From Hydrogenobaculum sp. (GTDB taxonomy: Bacteria > Aquificota > Aquificia > Aquificales > Aquificaceae): a stretch of 60,531 nucleotides of DNA. Within the stretch, counting starts at the first letter, position 1. Each line of letters starts with the position of its first letter. The position numbers and the translations under genes were made by a program. Positions 39,742 through 51,396 of this stretch are shown in pieces. The DNA is taken from NCBI GenBank assembly GCA_023269915.1, contig JAGDWZ010000066.1, positions 2,435 through 62,965 of the forward strand, given 5' to 3'. Under the pieces are notes generated by a model. That model saw only the letters and a list, made by a program, of their open reading frames with translations, did not search any database and had not been told where the DNA came from.

Positions 39742-40481
39742 AAATTTTTACTCTTTTGGTAAGCTTTTATAAAAGTTTCCATAAGTATACCTTTAAATCC
39801 TGATTTTTCAATATTGTATATACCTTCGACGGTAGTACCAGCCGGTGAGCTAACTTTTAGTATTAGCTCTTCTTCAGTATAGTGTTTTAAAAGCTCTAAA
39901 ACTCCTTCTATGGTAGATAAAGCTATATCGTAAGATATATCCTTGTTTAAACCCATATAAATACCAGATAGCCTCATGGCTTCAACAATACTAGCTATAA
40001 AAGCTGGTCCAGAACCGCCAAGAGATGTGAAAGCGTCAAAGTACTTTTCATCAAGCTCATATACCTTTCCAAGATTTTCTAGTATGCTTTTAATGGTATC
40101 TTTTTTCTTATCCTCACTATAAAAAGCCATAACACCTTTTTTGAAAAGTACCGCCAAATTTGGCATAATCCTTGTAATGTAGGCATCTTTTATATGCTCT
40201 TTTAACCTTGAAACACCAACACCAGCCAGCATGCTTACTACAGATTTTTTACTGAAGTTTAGACTAGCTAAAGACGGCAAATCCTGTGGTTTTATAGAAA
40301 GTATTACCATATCTACTTTATCTAACAAGAATTCTATAGAGGACGCAAAGCCTACGCCGTCTTGCAAAGCAATGTCTTTTTTTAATAAATCCTTATCGTA
40401 AGCTATTAGCTCATACGAATCCTTTAGCCCAAGAGCAAAAGCTCTTCCCATGTTGCCATAACCTATTATACCAATCATCAT
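39738..40481 (-). CDS. proC: Pyrroline-5-carboxylate reductase
   Basis: GYGNMG, KPQ, RIMPN, GSGPA and VSSPAGTT motifs. Confidence 0.95.
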   Translation of the reverse strand: MMIGIIGYGNMGRAFALGLKDSYELIAYDKDLLKKDIALQDGVGFASSIEFLLDKVDMVILSIKPQDLPSLASLNFSKKSVVSMLAGVGVSRLKEHIKDAYITRIMPNLAVLFKKGVMAFYSEDKKKDTIKSILENLGKVYELDEKYFDAFTSLGGSGPAFIASIVEAMRLSGIYMGLNKDISYDIALSTIEGVLELLKHYTEEELILKVSSPAGTTVEGIYNIEKSGFKGILMETFIKAYQKSKNL

Positions 40482-41905
40482 AACCCGTAATAGCTAGCTA
40501 AAGCCGCTGATATGGCCAAAGCCAAGACATCTTTTGGTTTTTCACCCTCTATCTTATAATCATATTGGCTAAGTTTATTGTCTAAAAAGCTAGTATCAAA
40601 ATCTCCTCTTATGAAATCTTCATCTCTTATAATTTCCCTATGAAGCTGCAAGTTGGTGGGTATACCTCTTATAATAAACTCATCTAAAGCTCTTCTAGCC
40701 CTAGCTACAGCTCTATTCCAATCAAGAGCCCAAACACAGAGTTTACTAACCAAAGAATCATAGTAGGGTGGAATTATATAGTCTTTGTATATCGCCGAGT
40801 CCATCCTCACACCTATACCACCCGGCGAGTGGTAAGCGGTAATTCTACCTGGAGATGGTGCAAAGTTTCTAGTGGGGTCTTCGGCATTTATTCTAAACTG
40901 TATAGCGCATCCTCTAAAAGATATATCGTTTTGTACAAAAGAAAGCGGCTCACCATTGGCTATTCTTATCATTTGCTCTACTATGTCAATGCCTGTAACC
41001 ATTTCAGTAATAGTGTGTTCTACCTGAAGCCTTGTGTTCATCTCTATAAAATAGAATTCATTGGTGGTTTGGTCTAGTATAAACTCTATAGTCCCAGCGC
41101 TTTCATAACCGTATTTCATCATGGCTCTCACAGACATTCCAAGCATTTTGTTTCTTACGCTTTTATTAAGACTAGGAGAGGGTGTTATTTCTATTATCTT
41201 TTGATGTCGTCTTTGGATAGAGCAATCTCTTTCACCAAGATGTACTACGTTTCCATATTTGTCTGCCAAAATTTGCACTTCTATATGTTTTGGCTTTTGT
41301 ATGTATTTTTCTATAAAAATATCCCCTTTACCAAAAAAGGCTAAAGATTCTTTTTGAGCAGATTCAAAGCTTTGTTTTAAATCTTCTTTTTTATATACAA
41401 CCCTCATACCTCTACCACCACCACCGTATGCAGCTTTTAATATTATAGGGTAGCCAATCTCTTCCGCTATATCGTAAGCATCTTCTAATTTTGTGATAGG
41501 TTCCTCGCTTCCTGGGACCACCGGCAAACCCAAACTTTTCATTACCTTTTTAGCCTTTACCTTGTCTCCAAAGGTTTCTATTTGCTCAGGAGTAGGCCCT
41601 ATGAATATAAGCCCAGCATCTATGCAAGCTTGAGCAAATTCAGCATTTTCAGACAAAAATCCGTACCCTGGATGTATGGCATCAGCCTTTGATTGTTTTG
41701 CTATATTTATAATTTTGTTATAATCAAGATAAGCCTTTATGGGATCCATAGGAATAAGATATGCCTCATCAGCTTTTTTTATGTGTAAAGAGTTAATATC
41801 AGCCTCAGAGTATATAGCAACGGTTTTTATGTCTAGTTCTTTACAGGCTCTTATAATGCGAACAGCTACTTCTCCTCTGTTTGCTATCAGCACTTTTTTA
41901 ATCAT
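40478..41905 (-). CDS. Biotin carboxylase subunit (pyruvate carboxylase A or 2-oxoglutarate carboxylase small subunit)
   Basis: ANRGE, HPGYGFLSEN, GGGGRGM, ERDCSIQRRHQK and EMNTRLQVEH motifs; C-terminal extension beyond the AccC core. Confidence 0.9.
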   Translation of the reverse strand: MIKKVLIANRGEVAVRIIRACKELDIKTVAIYSEADINSLHIKKADEAYLIPMDPIKAYLDYNKIINIAKQSKADAIHPGYGFLSENAEFAQACIDAGLIFIGPTPEQIETFGDKVKAKKVMKSLGLPVVPGSEEPITKLEDAYDIAEEIGYPIILKAAYGGGGRGMRVVYKKEDLKQSFESAQKESLAFFGKGDIFIEKYIQKPKHIEVQILADKYGNVVHLGERDCSIQRRHQKIIEITPSPSLNKSVRNKMLGMSVRAMMKYGYESAGTIEFILDQTTNEFYFIEMNTRLQVEHTITEMVTGIDIVEQMIRIANGEPLSFVQNDISFRGCAIQFRINAEDPTRNFAPSPGRITAYHSPGGIGVRMDSAIYKDYIIPPYYDSLVSKLCVWALDWNRAVARARRALDEFIIRGIPTNLQLHREIIRDEDFIRGDFDTSFLDNKLSQYDYKIEGEKPKDVLALAISAALASYYGL

Positions 41906-41926
41906 ACTTTAATTATATAAAATTTT

Positions 41927-42655
41927 TTAAGGTACGTTTATTAGAAATTGAAGCTTGTTCTCCATCACACTATCGGGCATAGGCGGGGCTTGTAAATTGC
42001 TATCGCATGAAGGATTTCCCTCTTCTATTCCTAAAAGCCTTAAAGTACCATCTTTATATAAATCAAACATCAAAACGCCTTCACCTTTACAATGCTCATG
42101 TATATAATGAAAAACAACCTCTAAATAGCTTATAAGATCAAAATAAGAACCTAGCGTACTTATATCCTTTGGTTTCATGGTTTGCTTAGGTTGGTTTTCT
42201 TTGGATTGTTGGTTTTGAGTTGTAGTTTTTTGGCTTGAAGACTTTTCCTTACTTTTTGATGTTTTATTGGTATTTGAACTATGATTTGTAGAAGGCTTTG
42301 AAATATGACTTTTTGAAGATACGCTATTGGATAATGTGTTAGAGCTTTTTATTGTAGCCCTTTTTATAGACGGTACTGCAAGGTTATAGTTTATTTTAGG
42401 TGTTGATTTTACGACTTTTTTTGACTCTGAGGTTCTATATTTTTTAACATTTTTTATGGGCTTCTTATGTTCTTTTTTTACAAATGGCTTTTCTATTGGT
42501 TTTTTATATGCCAATTCTTTTTTAATAGTAGTTATATATATAGGGTTTTTTGGGGCTTTTAAAGGAATATTTATTTTGACAAAAGCCAAAAGAAAAAAAA
42601 GATGTATCAGAATTGATATTAAAAATCCATAAACAAGAAATCTACGACTTTTCAT
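41927..42655 (-). CDS. TonB/TolA-like membrane-anchored protein
   Basis: TM helix with SxxxH (ISILIH); K/S/P-rich linker; small C-terminal domain. Confidence 0.6.
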   Translation of the reverse strand: MKSRRFLVYGFLISILIHLFFLLAFVKINIPLKAPKNPIYITTIKKELAYKKPIEKPFVKKEHKKPIKNVKKYRTSESKKVVKSTPKINYNLAVPSIKRATIKSSNTLSNSVSSKSHISKPSTNHSSNTNKTSKSKEKSSSQKTTTQNQQSKENQPKQTMKPKDISTLGSYFDLISYLEVVFHYIHEHCKGEGVLMFDLYKDGTLRLLGIEEGNPSCDSNLQAPPMPDSVMENKLQFLINVP

Positions 42656-43589
42656 ATTTTTGCTTTACAAACTCCAAAAATCCAGGTATCTCAAGAGTAG
42701 TGTCTATACCAAGTATAAACTGATTAAAATCTCTTAGTTTTACCAAGTCTTTTGTGCTGCAAATATAGCTTTTACCGTTTTTTAGATCCTCTTTTTTGTA
42801 AAAATAGTGATCTTTAAAAGTCTTAACATCATTTATTTTAAAGCCTATATCATTGGAGAGCTTTTCTACAAACCTTAAAAATTGCTCTTTATCTCCCAAA
42901 GCACATATCACATCAAAGCTTTTTCCTTTTACAGCTTTTATGTCAACATCTTTAAAATTTTTATCTACAAAAGCCCTAAAAACTGTTTTTGCTTTGAAAA
43001 TTGGCTTATCCACATCGAGCTTTGGCATATCGTAAGATTCCAGCCTTGTTATAACTATAGCATCGGCTCTTTTGATAGAGCTATAAGGCTCTCTTAGATT
43101 ACCCCAAGGCAAAAGATGGTCTTTTATACGATTTGCAGGCATTAGCAAAATATCTAAATCTCTTTTTATATATCTATGAGAAAATGCATCATCAAGTATC
43201 ACCATCTTAGAACCAAACTCTTTACAGATATAAGCTCCTTCTATTCTCTTATGAGCCACTACAACCTTTGCATTTGTTTTTAAAAATATTTCTACCGCTT
43301 CATCTCCGTAAAGATTTGTATCTAAAGAACTCACCAACAGGTTTTCTCTGGTTTTTCTTTTGTATCCTCTTAAAACTATACAAGGGTTTAGATAGTTAAA
43401 ATGTTTGGCAAGATATATAGAAACTTGGGTTTTGCCAGTCCCTCCTACGCTAAGATTTCCTATAGATACTGTAAAAATACCAGCGTATTTGGCTTTTAAT
43501 ATATTAAAATCAAAAAGCTTGTTTCTAACCCATACCCCAGCTCCATAAAAAACAGAAAATGGAGCCAAAAGCCCCCTTGTAAGTTTCAT
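42642..43589 (-). CDS. lpxK: Tetraacyldisaccharide 4'-kinase
   Basis: GNLSVGGTGKT, RGY, GDE, LDDAFSH, LLPWGNLRE and STKD motifs. Confidence 0.93.
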   Translation of the reverse strand: MKLTRGLLAPFSVFYGAGVWVRNKLFDFNILKAKYAGIFTVSIGNLSVGGTGKTQVSIYLAKHFNYLNPCIVLRGYKRKTRENLLVSSLDTNLYGDEAVEIFLKTNAKVVVAHKRIEGAYICKEFGSKMVILDDAFSHRYIKRDLDILLMPANRIKDHLLPWGNLREPYSSIKRADAIVITRLESYDMPKLDVDKPIFKAKTVFRAFVDKNFKDVDIKAVKGKSFDVICALGDKEQFLRFVEKLSNDIGFKINDVKTFKDHYFYKKEDLKNGKSYICSTKDLVKLRDFNQFILGIDTTLEIPGFLEFVKQKYEKS

Positions 43590-43608
43590 CTAATAAGTAT
43601 ATCAACTT

Positions 43609-44844
43609 TTAATTTGGAAGCTCCTCTTGGTTTTGGTTTTGGTTTTGGTTTGACATATTCATAGACTGTTCGTAGATTTGTTTTATTATATCTGCTACAA
43701 ACTGAGCCCGCGGGGTTTCGGTAAAGCTTGATTCCACCTTTGCACGACCGTTAGCCGCTATTTCTTTAGCTTGGTCTTCGTTGTCTAAGAAAAATAAAAG
43801 CTTTTCTTCTATCTCAAGTCTATCAAGAGGGGTATAAGCCACTATCTCTTGGTCTGGTATAAAAAATCCCGGTAAAGATGCTCTATAGTCTATAAAAGCG
43901 CAAGAATTTTGAGATATTACCTCAATAGGAGTAAAACCTATGCTTGATGGGACTATAGAAGGAAAACTTAAGAACGTTATCAAAGAATTAGCGTATATGT
44001 TTAAAACATCCTCTTGGGTTTCCGCATTTATTACCTCTTGACCTTCTTTCAAAGGCACCTGAGAATCTCCAAGTATTTTAATATCTATACCCTCTAAAAA
44101 GCTTATAATAAAAAGTCTTTTTCTAGCGGTATTGTAAAGACCTACATTAACCAAAAAGTTTATATACCCTTCTGGAGATTCGTTTCTCCATTTTAAAAAC
44201 TTCTCTTGTATTTCGTAGTTAAAAAATGGAAGCATGTATTCTACGGCAAATATAGCATCTACTTCCGGGTTTCTTCTCATGAACTCACCAACTTCTACAA
44301 ATACAGGCATAACCTCTTCTGGAAATATCTTGGCACTTTCTTGGATTATAATATTTGGATCTACTATTGGTCCTGGAAAAAGTACTTTTATCTCTTTCTC
44401 TTGAACTGTTGGTCTTTTTAAAAGCTCCTCTGATACAAAAGGAGCTAGAAAGTACACATTTTGATACCCTATGCTTCTTAAAAAGTCTGCATGTTTCATA
44501 TCCGTTATCATTTGTATGAAGTTCCTAGACCCCCTACCATTAAAAAGAGCTGGATAGTAAAGCATAGGATCTTCCGTGAAAACGCTTATGTGTAAAAATC
44601 CAAAAGCATCGCACAAAGATACCCTGTTGCCATCGGACTCACCGTAAACAAGAGCAGCACCGTTCACATCCATTACAAAAAAAGGACGCTCTTCTTGTAA
44701 GAAGTTAACGTAAGCGTCTATATTATTATAATCTAAATCATACAATACAAGCTCTATACCAAACTGATTGAGCTTTTGCGCCATACTCTCCACATAATGA
44801 GCGTTGTAGCTAAGACCAGGTGTTCTTACAAAAATTCCTTTCAT
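43609..44844 (-). CDS. Glycosyltransferase family 1-like (CgeB/DUF3880-type) protein
   Basis: C-terminal FFIPDQEIVAY...AKEIAANGR pattern of Glyco_trans_1_2. Confidence 0.65.
   Translation of the reverse strand: MKGIFVRTPGLSYNAHYVESMAQKLNQFGIELVLYDLDYNNIDAYVNFLQEERPFFVMDVNGAALVYGESDGNRVSLCDAFGFLHISVFTEDPMLYYPALFNGRGSRNFIQMITDMKHADFLRSIGYQNVYFLAPFVSEELLKRPTVQEKEIKVLFPGPIVDPNIIIQESAKIFPEEVMPVFVEVGEFMRRNPEVDAIFAVEYMLPFFNYEIQEKFLKWRNESPEGYINFLVNVGLYNTARKRLFIISFLEGIDIKILGDSQVPLKEGQEVINAETQEDVLNIYANSLITFLSFPSIVPSSIGFTPIEVISQNSCAFIDYRASLPGFFIPDQEIVAYTPLDRLEIEEKLLFFLDNEDQAKEIAANGRAKVESSFTETPRAQFVADIIKQIYEQSMNMSNQNQNQNQEELPN
43627..43650. repeat. Hexamer tandem repeat (TTGGTT)x4
   Basis: Encodes NQNQNQNQ near the C-terminus of the glycosyltransferase. 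Confidence 0.85.
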
Positions 44845-44952
44845 AATAAAAACTATTATAAACTAAAATCATATTGGAAGCTCTAGTTGTTTTTATCTTA
44901 AAATCCAAGTTTAGCAAGCTTTTAAGAAAAAAGTATTGTAAAATATAAATCT

Positions 44953-47718
44953 ATGGATTACAAAGACACTATCAACTTACCAAAAACAGACTTCCCGATG
45001 AAAGCTAATCTATCGGAAAAAGAGCCGGAGATACTTAAAAGATGGGAAGGACTTTATAAAAAGCTAAGAAAGCAAAGAAAAGGAAAGCCTCTTTTTGTCT
45101 TACACGACGGGCCACCTTATGCAAATGGCAACATACACATAGGGCACGCTTTAAACAAGATATTAAAAGATATTATATGTAAAGTCGCTTTGATAGAAGG
45201 CTTTGACGTGGATTATAAACCAGGGTGGGACTGCCATGGACTCCCCATAGAACAACAAGTAGAAAAAGAACTAAAAGCAAAAAAGATAAACAAAGAAAGT
45301 ATACCAAAAGATGAGTTTAGAAGACTTTGCAGAGAGTATGCGTCTAAGTTTGTAAACATTCAAAAAGAAGAGTTTATAAGATTAGGGGTAATAGGAGATT
45401 GGGAAGAACCATACCTTACAATGGACCCAAAATACGAAGCCCAAGAGGTAAGAGAAATAGGAAGGTGTATTCAAAACGGCATCCTTTACAAAGGAAACAA
45501 ACCTGTATACTGGTGCATATACGATAAAACTGCAGAGGCAGAAGCAGAAGTAGAGTATAAAGAGAAAAAAGACACATCTATATACGTAAGATTTGAGCTT
45601 TTAGAAAATTCAAAAAATCTTTTAAAGCAAAAGCTAAATTTACCAGACAAACCTATTTCAATAGTAATTTGGACCACTACTCCTTGGACTCTTCCAGCAA
45701 ATTTAGGAGTTATGGCTTCTAAAGATATAGAGTATGGTATCTTAGAAGAAAATGGGCATCTAATTTTGTTAGAAAAAGAAAGCCCTTATGCAAAAGATAA
45801 AGAGTTTATAGCTTTTATAAAAGGTGAAGAACTCATTGGCTTAGAATACAAACATCCTTTTATAGAAAGAACAGGCAAGATATACCCCTCAGAGTTTGTG
45901 GAAAAAGGCACCGGAACTGGATTTGTGCATATGGCTCCAGGGCACGGTATGGAAGACTATATAGTGGGTTTAAGATACGGCCTTACACCTTTATCTCCAG
46001 TGGATGAAGCTGGAAGATTTACAGAAGAGGCTCCAGAGTTTATAAAGGGTTTAAACGTATTTGAAGCAAACAAGGTAATAATAGAACATTTAAGACAAAC
46101 TGGTTTTCTTTTAAAAGAAGAGGAGATTTTGCACTCTTATCCTCATTGTTGGCGATGCAAAAATCCCGTTATATACAGAGCTACTCCTCAGTGGTTTATA
46201 GGAGTTGATATTAAAAGCCCAAAACTTCAAAACAAAAGCATAAGAGAAAAAGCTATAGAAGAAACTCATCAAGTAAAGTGGGTGCCAAAAACAGGCCAAA
46301 ATAGAATGCTTTCCATGCTTCAAAATAGACCTGATTGGTGTATATCAAGGCAAAGATTTTGGGGAGTGCCCATTGCTATATTCTACTGCAAACATTGCAA
46401 CGAACCGCTTTTAGAGCCTCAAATATTTGAGCATGTGGCAAAGATATTTGAAAATTCACCTTACGGAGCCGATGAATGGTTTAAAAGAAAAGAAGAGGAA
46501 CTTTTGCCAGAAAATACCGCTTGTAAAAAATGTGGCTCCAAAGAGTTTGTGAAAGAAACCGATATACTTGACGTTTGGTTTGATTCTGGGTCTTCCCATG
46601 CATCAGTTTTAAGGCCAAGAGGCATAGAAAAAGCAGATGTTTATCTAGAGGGTTCAGATCAGCATAGAGGATGGTTTCAAGCATCACTCTTAGAATCCAT
46701 AGCCTCTTACGGAGAAGCGCCTTTTAAGGCAGTGGTAACTCATGGGTTCACAGTGGATGAGAAAGGACACAAGATGTCAAAATCCCAAGGAAACGTCATA
46801 TCCCCCCTTGAGATTATAAAGGAGTATGGAGCAGATATACTAAGGCTATGGGTAATATCAGAAGACTACACAGAAGATATAAAACTTGGAAAATCCATTT
46901 TAAAAAGACTAGCAGAGGATTATAAGAAAATAAGAAACACGCTAAGATTTTTCCTTGGTAATCTATACGATTTTAAATACGAGTTTTCGATACCACCTGA
47001 AAAACTTCATCACTTTGATAGATATATGTATGTTTATTCATCTAAAGTGTTTGACGAGTTATTTAGCTTTTACAAAAACCACATGTATCACAGATTTTAT
47101 CATAAGTTAATGGATTTTATAAGCGTAGACTTGTCTGCTTTGTACTTTGATGTTTTAAAAGATAGATTGTACATGTATAAAAAGGGTTCTTTTGAAAGGG
47201 TATCTGCCCAAACGGTGCTTTATTTCTTGCTAAAAAACCTCGTAATACTTTTATCACCGGTACTTAGTTTTACCTCTGAAGAAACTTATTCTTATATGAA
47301 AAGCATAGAAAACTCTTTAGAAGAAAGCGTGTTTATGAACGAGTATATACCTGCAAACTTCACCGACGAAGAGATTCTAAAAGACTATCAAAAGCTTTTA
47401 CTTATTAGAAAAGACGTATTAAAAGCTATGGAGATAGAGCGCAAAAACGATATTATCAAACATCCTTACGAAGCCAGAGTTGTTATAGAACCAAACGAAG
47501 AGTTTTCAACGCTTTTAGAAAAATACAAAGACTATCTTCACTCTTTATTTACGGTAAGTCAGGTAGAATTTTCAAAAAATGACGGCGAAAAAGGCGAATA
47601 CACAGGTCTAAATATAAAAGTGGAAAGAGCAAAAGGTGAAAAGTGCCCAAGATGTTGGTTGTATGTAGAAAATATGGTGGATGGTCTATGTTTAAGATGC
47701 AAAGAAAACATAAATTAA
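44953..47718 (+). CDS. ileS: Isoleucine--tRNA ligase (type 1)
   Basis: HIGH, WTTTPWT, KMSKS and C-terminal CPRCW...CLRC motifs. Confidence 0.97.
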   Translation: MDYKDTINLPKTDFPMKANLSEKEPEILKRWEGLYKKLRKQRKGKPLFVLHDGPPYANGNIHIGHALNKILKDIICKVALIEGFDVDYKPGWDCHGLPIEQQVEKELKAKKINKESIPKDEFRRLCREYASKFVNIQKEEFIRLGVIGDWEEPYLTMDPKYEAQEVREIGRCIQNGILYKGNKPVYWCIYDKTAEAEAEVEYKEKKDTSIYVRFELLENSKNLLKQKLNLPDKPISIVIWTTTPWTLPANLGVMASKDIEYGILEENGHLILLEKESPYAKDKEFIAFIKGEELIGLEYKHPFIERTGKIYPSEFVEKGTGTGFVHMAPGHGMEDYIVGLRYGLTPLSPVDEAGRFTEEAPEFIKGLNVFEANKVIIEHLRQTGFLLKEEEILHSYPHCWRCKNPVIYRATPQWFIGVDIKSPKLQNKSIREKAIEETHQVKWVPKTGQNRMLSMLQNRPDWCISRQRFWGVPIAIFYCKHCNEPLLEPQIFEHVAKIFENSPYGADEWFKRKEEELLPENTACKKCGSKEFVKETDILDVWFDSGSSHASVLRPRGIEKADVYLEGSDQHRGWFQASLLESIASYGEAPFKAVVTHGFTVDEKGHKMSKSQGNVISPLEIIKEYGADILRLWVISEDYTEDIKLGKSILKRLAEDYKKIRNTLRFFLGNLYDFKYEFSIPPEKLHHFDRYMYVYSSKVFDELFSFYKNHMYHRFYHKLMDFISVDLSALYFDVLKDRLYMYKKGSFERVSAQTVLYFLLKNLVILLSPVLSFTSEETYSYMKSIENSLEESVFMNEYIPANFTDEEILKDYQKLLLIRKDVLKAMEIERKNDIIKHPYEARVVIEPNEEFSTLLEKYKDYLHSLFTVSQVEFSKNDGEKGEYTGLNIKVERAKGEKCPRCWLYVENMVDGLCLRCKENIN

Positions 47719-47781
47719 ACAAATTTATTTCATTGCAATTTTATAAGATTTGAATATAATCTTTAACAAGGAGGTAATTAA

Positions 47782-48165
47782 TTGAGAAGACATGTGCTAA
47801 GAGCCAAAATACACCGGGCTACTGTTACAGGAGCAAATTTAAACTATGAAGGGTCTATATCTATAGACGAAAGACTTTTAGAAGCCGGAAATTTTGTGTT
47901 GTTCGAAAAAGTAGATATATACAATGTAAACAATGGTAATAGATTCTCTACTTACGTAATACCTGGTAAGCCAGGTGAAATAGCTCTTAACGGTGCGGCA
48001 GCAAGGCTTTGTATGCCAGGTGATATCATCATAATAACAGCTTACGCAGAGGTAGAGGAAGAAGAGCTTAGCAGTTTCAAACCTTACCTTGTTTATGTTG
48101 ATAGTCAAAACAATATATTGGAAGTAAAAAGGGATATGAGGCATGTCTTTGCCTACCAACGATAG
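47782..48165 (+). CDS. panD: Aspartate 1-decarboxylase
   Basis: KIHRA, YEG|SISID cleavage site, NGAAAR; TTG start with SD AAGGAGG. Confidence 0.96.
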   Translation: MRRHVLRAKIHRATVTGANLNYEGSISIDERLLEAGNFVLFEKVDIYNVNNGNRFSTYVIPGKPGEIALNGAAARLCMPGDIIIITAYAEVEEEELSSFKPYLVYVDSQNNILEVKRDMRHVFAYQR

Positions 48166-48496
48166 CCTATGTTTTGACAAAGTACCTTCAGTTACAGCCG
48201 AGGAGGCAAAAAGTCTTTTGGAAAAGGATAAAAATTACGTACTGCTAGACGTAAGAACAAAAATGGAGTATGACAAATGGCGTATAGAAGGTGCCAAACT
48301 TTATTCTTTAGATACTCTTATGAACACTTATAAAGAACTAGATAAATCAAAAAAGTACTTGATTATATGTTTAAGCGGTGGTAGAAGTGCTTGTGCAACA
48401 TATGCTCTTAGACAGCTTGGTTTTGAGGCTTTTAATATAAAAGGTGGAATGCTAGAATGGCCCTACGAAACAGTGGGCAGCTTCAATGATTTATGA
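48143..48496 (+). CDS. Rhodanese-like domain protein
   Basis: DVR, CLSGGRS and GGMLEW motifs. Confidence 0.9.
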   Translation: MSLPTNDSLCFDKVPSVTAEEAKSLLEKDKNYVLLDVRTKMEYDKWRIEGAKLYSLDTLMNTYKELDKSKKYLIICLSGGRSACATYALRQLGFEAFNIKGGMLEWPYETVGSFNDL

Positions 48497-51396
48497 GACC
48501 TATTTTATTGGAAATAGAAGGGTTTTTATCTTATAAAGAAAAGACCATCATAGATTTCTCAGAACTTTCTTTGTTTGCTATTACAGGGATGACAGGTGCT
48601 GGCAAAACTAGCATAATAGATGCAATCACGTTTGCTCTTTACGGAAAATGCCCAAGGTTTGAAAAAGGAGCTTCTAAAGAAGATTACATATCAAAGGGAA
48701 AAGACTTTCTTCGAGTATCTCTAACGTTTTCTTTAAGAAATAAAACATATACCGTAGAACGCTCTTTGAGGGCTGGCAAAAATATATCGTTGTCCTTTAA
48801 AGAAAATGGTAAAGAGCTAAGGACAGAAGAAAAAAACAAAGTAAGAGAAGAACTTCTTCAGAAAATTCTTGATATAGACTACGAAACCTTCACAAAGATA
48901 ATAGTACTTCCACAAGGGGAATTCGCAAAGTTTATAAAACCAGAAAGACCTCAAGAAAGAAGAGAAATTATCATCAAGTTAAGCAATTTAGATAAGATAG
49001 ACAAAATAAAAGAGCTAGCGTCATCCAAAAAGAAAGATATACAAAACGAGATAAACGTAATAAACTCAAAAATAGAAAGTTTAAAAATAGGAAATGAAGA
49101 TTTAGATGAATTGGAGAGGATACTAAAAGACTTTGAAAAACAGCTAGAAGAAGAAAAAAAAGCAAAAAATACACTCCAAGATAGGCTAAGTAAAGCCGTA
49201 AAAAAAAGAGAGCTTATGGCGGAGTTGGAAAAAGCCAAAGAAGAATATGAAGCGTTAAAAGAAAAAAAAGACCAAATGAATGCTTTAAAAGAACGCATAG
49301 ATTTTATAAAACCGATGCTTAGTCTAAAATCTGATATAGAAAGATATATAAAGCTAAAAGATGATGCACAGCATATATCCCAAGAGCTTCATCAAAAACG
49401 TGAAAACCTTAAAGCATTAGAACAAAGCTATCAGAAACTTTTAGAGGCTTTTAAAAGTGTAAAACAAGAATATGAAAACACAAAAGAAAAAGAGCGTAGA
49501 ATAGAAAAAGGTTATGAAATAGTTGGAAAATTAGAAAACACCATATTGCTGGAAGATTATATAAATCAAAGAAAGTTAGAAATAGAAAAAATAAATCAAG
49601 AGCTATCTTCGTTATCTTCCAAACTATCCAATACATTTGAAAAAATAAGTCAATACGAAAGTGCCTTATCAAAAGCAGATTACCAAGACCTCGAAAAAAA
49701 ACTAGAGGAGTTTACAAAGACGCTTAATCAATTAGAGATAAAAGAACAAGATATGATTAAAAAATTAAAGGATAAAGAAAGACTTTTAAAAGAAATATCC
49801 ACTTTAGAAGACAACATAAATGAATATAAAGAAAAACTCAAGGCTATAGAAGACGATATAAATATACACAAAAATGATATGATTTTATATCACAGCAACA
49901 TATTAAGAACACTTTTAAAAGAAAATGATATTTGCCCAGTATGTGGTGGTATTTATCAAGAAAAAGAGCATATTATGGCAAAGCACTTGAAAAATATAGA
50001 AAGCTTAGAAGACAAAAAAAACATATTTAAAGAATATGACAATCTTAAAAATAAAATAGATTTATCGGAAAATATATTGAGATCCAAAAAAGAGGAATTT
50101 GCAAAATTGATAGAAGAGATAAAGCTTTTGGAAAAGGAGCTTTCGGATAAAAAAAATATAGAAACCAGCATAAAAGAGCTAAAATCTAAGAAGGAAACCT
50201 TAGACAAAACAAAGGATCTTTTGCAACAAGAGAAAGCCCAAAAAGACACGTTAGAAAAGTTAAAAGCGCTTCAAGAAAATAGAAAAAGCGACCTTGAAAA
50301 AGAAATATCCACAAAAGAGCAAGAGTTAAAATACAAAGAAGAAGAGCTAATGTCTTATGGGGTCACACAAGAACATTTAAAAAATAAGAAAAACACAGTG
50401 GTATCTTTCAAACAAACAATAGAAAGGCTTAAAAAAGAGATACAAAAAGCAAAAGAAGATTACGAAAGATACCAAAAGCTTTTAAATGAAAATGAAAAAG
50501 AAAAACTTATTATCCAAGCCGATATATCTTCCTTAGAAAAACAAACAGAAAATATCAATAAAGAGTTATTAGAATTAGATAAAAAGCTATCATCTTTGGT
50601 AGACAAAGAAAGTATATTGGAAGAGTTAAAAAACCTAACTAAATACGAAGAAATCTACAACGAATATACATCAAAATTAAACAACTTTAAAGGATTAATC
50701 GAATCAAAGAAAAAAGAAATCGATCAGATAGACGAAAATAGCACACCAGAAGACCTAAAAGAAAACCTAAACGCTGTAGAGGAATCTATAAGCAATTTAA
50801 ACAAAGAAATAGGGTCTATAACTTCCAAAATAAACCAAATAAAAGAAAACGAAAAGAAGATAAAAGATTTACAAAAAACCTTAGAAGAGCTTGAACATAA
50901 ACTAAATGTATACGAAAGGCTTGAGCACGATTTAAAAGGTGATGCACTTCAAGCTTATATATCCCAAAAAATCATAGAAGAGTTAATAAAACATGCAAAC
51001 TTATACGCCTCAAAGATGGATTTTCCTTATACTTTTAAAGTAGAAGAAGCCCCGCGAGAAAAAGATAGCATAGTAGTAGAGGATGCTTTCGGAAATATAA
51101 GACCAGTTAAATCTTTAAGCGGTGGAGAAACTTTTATAACATCCCTTTGCTTTGCGCTGGCTTTGAGCGAGACGATAGGCTCTAGTTATCTACAGTCTCT
51201 TTTTATAGATGAAGGTTTTGGAACACTTGATAAAGAAACTCTTGAAAAAGTAGGAGATGCTTTAGAGCTTTTAAGCCAAAATATAAACAAAATGGTAGGT
51301 ATAATTACTCATGTAGAAAGCTTAGCAGAAAAATTTACCAATAGAATTATAGTGACAAAAACAAAAGATGGTGGTTCAAAAATAGAAATAGTATGA
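48493..51396 (+). CDS. sbcC: SbcC/Rad50-like SMC ATPase
   Basis: GMTGAGKT, LPQGEF, CPVC zinc hook, LSGGE and IDEGFG motifs. Confidence 0.93.
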   Translation: MRPILLEIEGFLSYKEKTIIDFSELSLFAITGMTGAGKTSIIDAITFALYGKCPRFEKGASKEDYISKGKDFLRVSLTFSLRNKTYTVERSLRAGKNISLSFKENGKELRTEEKNKVREELLQKILDIDYETFTKIIVLPQGEFAKFIKPERPQERREIIIKLSNLDKIDKIKELASSKKKDIQNEINVINSKIESLKIGNEDLDELERILKDFEKQLEEEKKAKNTLQDRLSKAVKKRELMAELEKAKEEYEALKEKKDQMNALKERIDFIKPMLSLKSDIERYIKLKDDAQHISQELHQKRENLKALEQSYQKLLEAFKSVKQEYENTKEKERRIEKGYEIVGKLENTILLEDYINQRKLEIEKINQELSSLSSKLSNTFEKISQYESALSKADYQDLEKKLEEFTKTLNQLEIKEQDMIKKLKDKERLLKEISTLEDNINEYKEKLKAIEDDINIHKNDMILYHSNILRTLLKENDICPVCGGIYQEKEHIMAKHLKNIESLEDKKNIFKEYDNLKNKIDLSENILRSKKEEFAKLIEEIKLLEKELSDKKNIETSIKELKSKKETLDKTKDLLQQEKAQKDTLEKLKALQENRKSDLEKEISTKEQELKYKEEELMSYGVTQEHLKNKKNTVVSFKQTIERLKKEIQKAKEDYERYQKLLNENEKEKLIIQADISSLEKQTENINKELLELDKKLSSLVDKESILEELKNLTKYEEIYNEYTSKLNNFKGLIESKKKEIDQIDENSTPEDLKENLNAVEESISNLNKEIGSITSKINQIKENEKKIKDLQKTLEELEHKLNVYERLEHDLKGDALQAYISQKIIEELIKHANLYASKMDFPYTFKVEEAPREKDSIVVEDAFGNIRPVKSLSGGETFITSLCFALALSETIGSSYLQSLFIDEGFGTLDKETLEKVGDALELLSQNINKMVGIITHVESLAEKFTNRIIVTKTKDGGSKIEIV

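Noticed and set aside
48493-51396. SMC-based defence system (Wadjet or Lamassu)
   Set aside because: Canonical SbcC motifs and zinc hook; no jet or lmu partner genes nearby.
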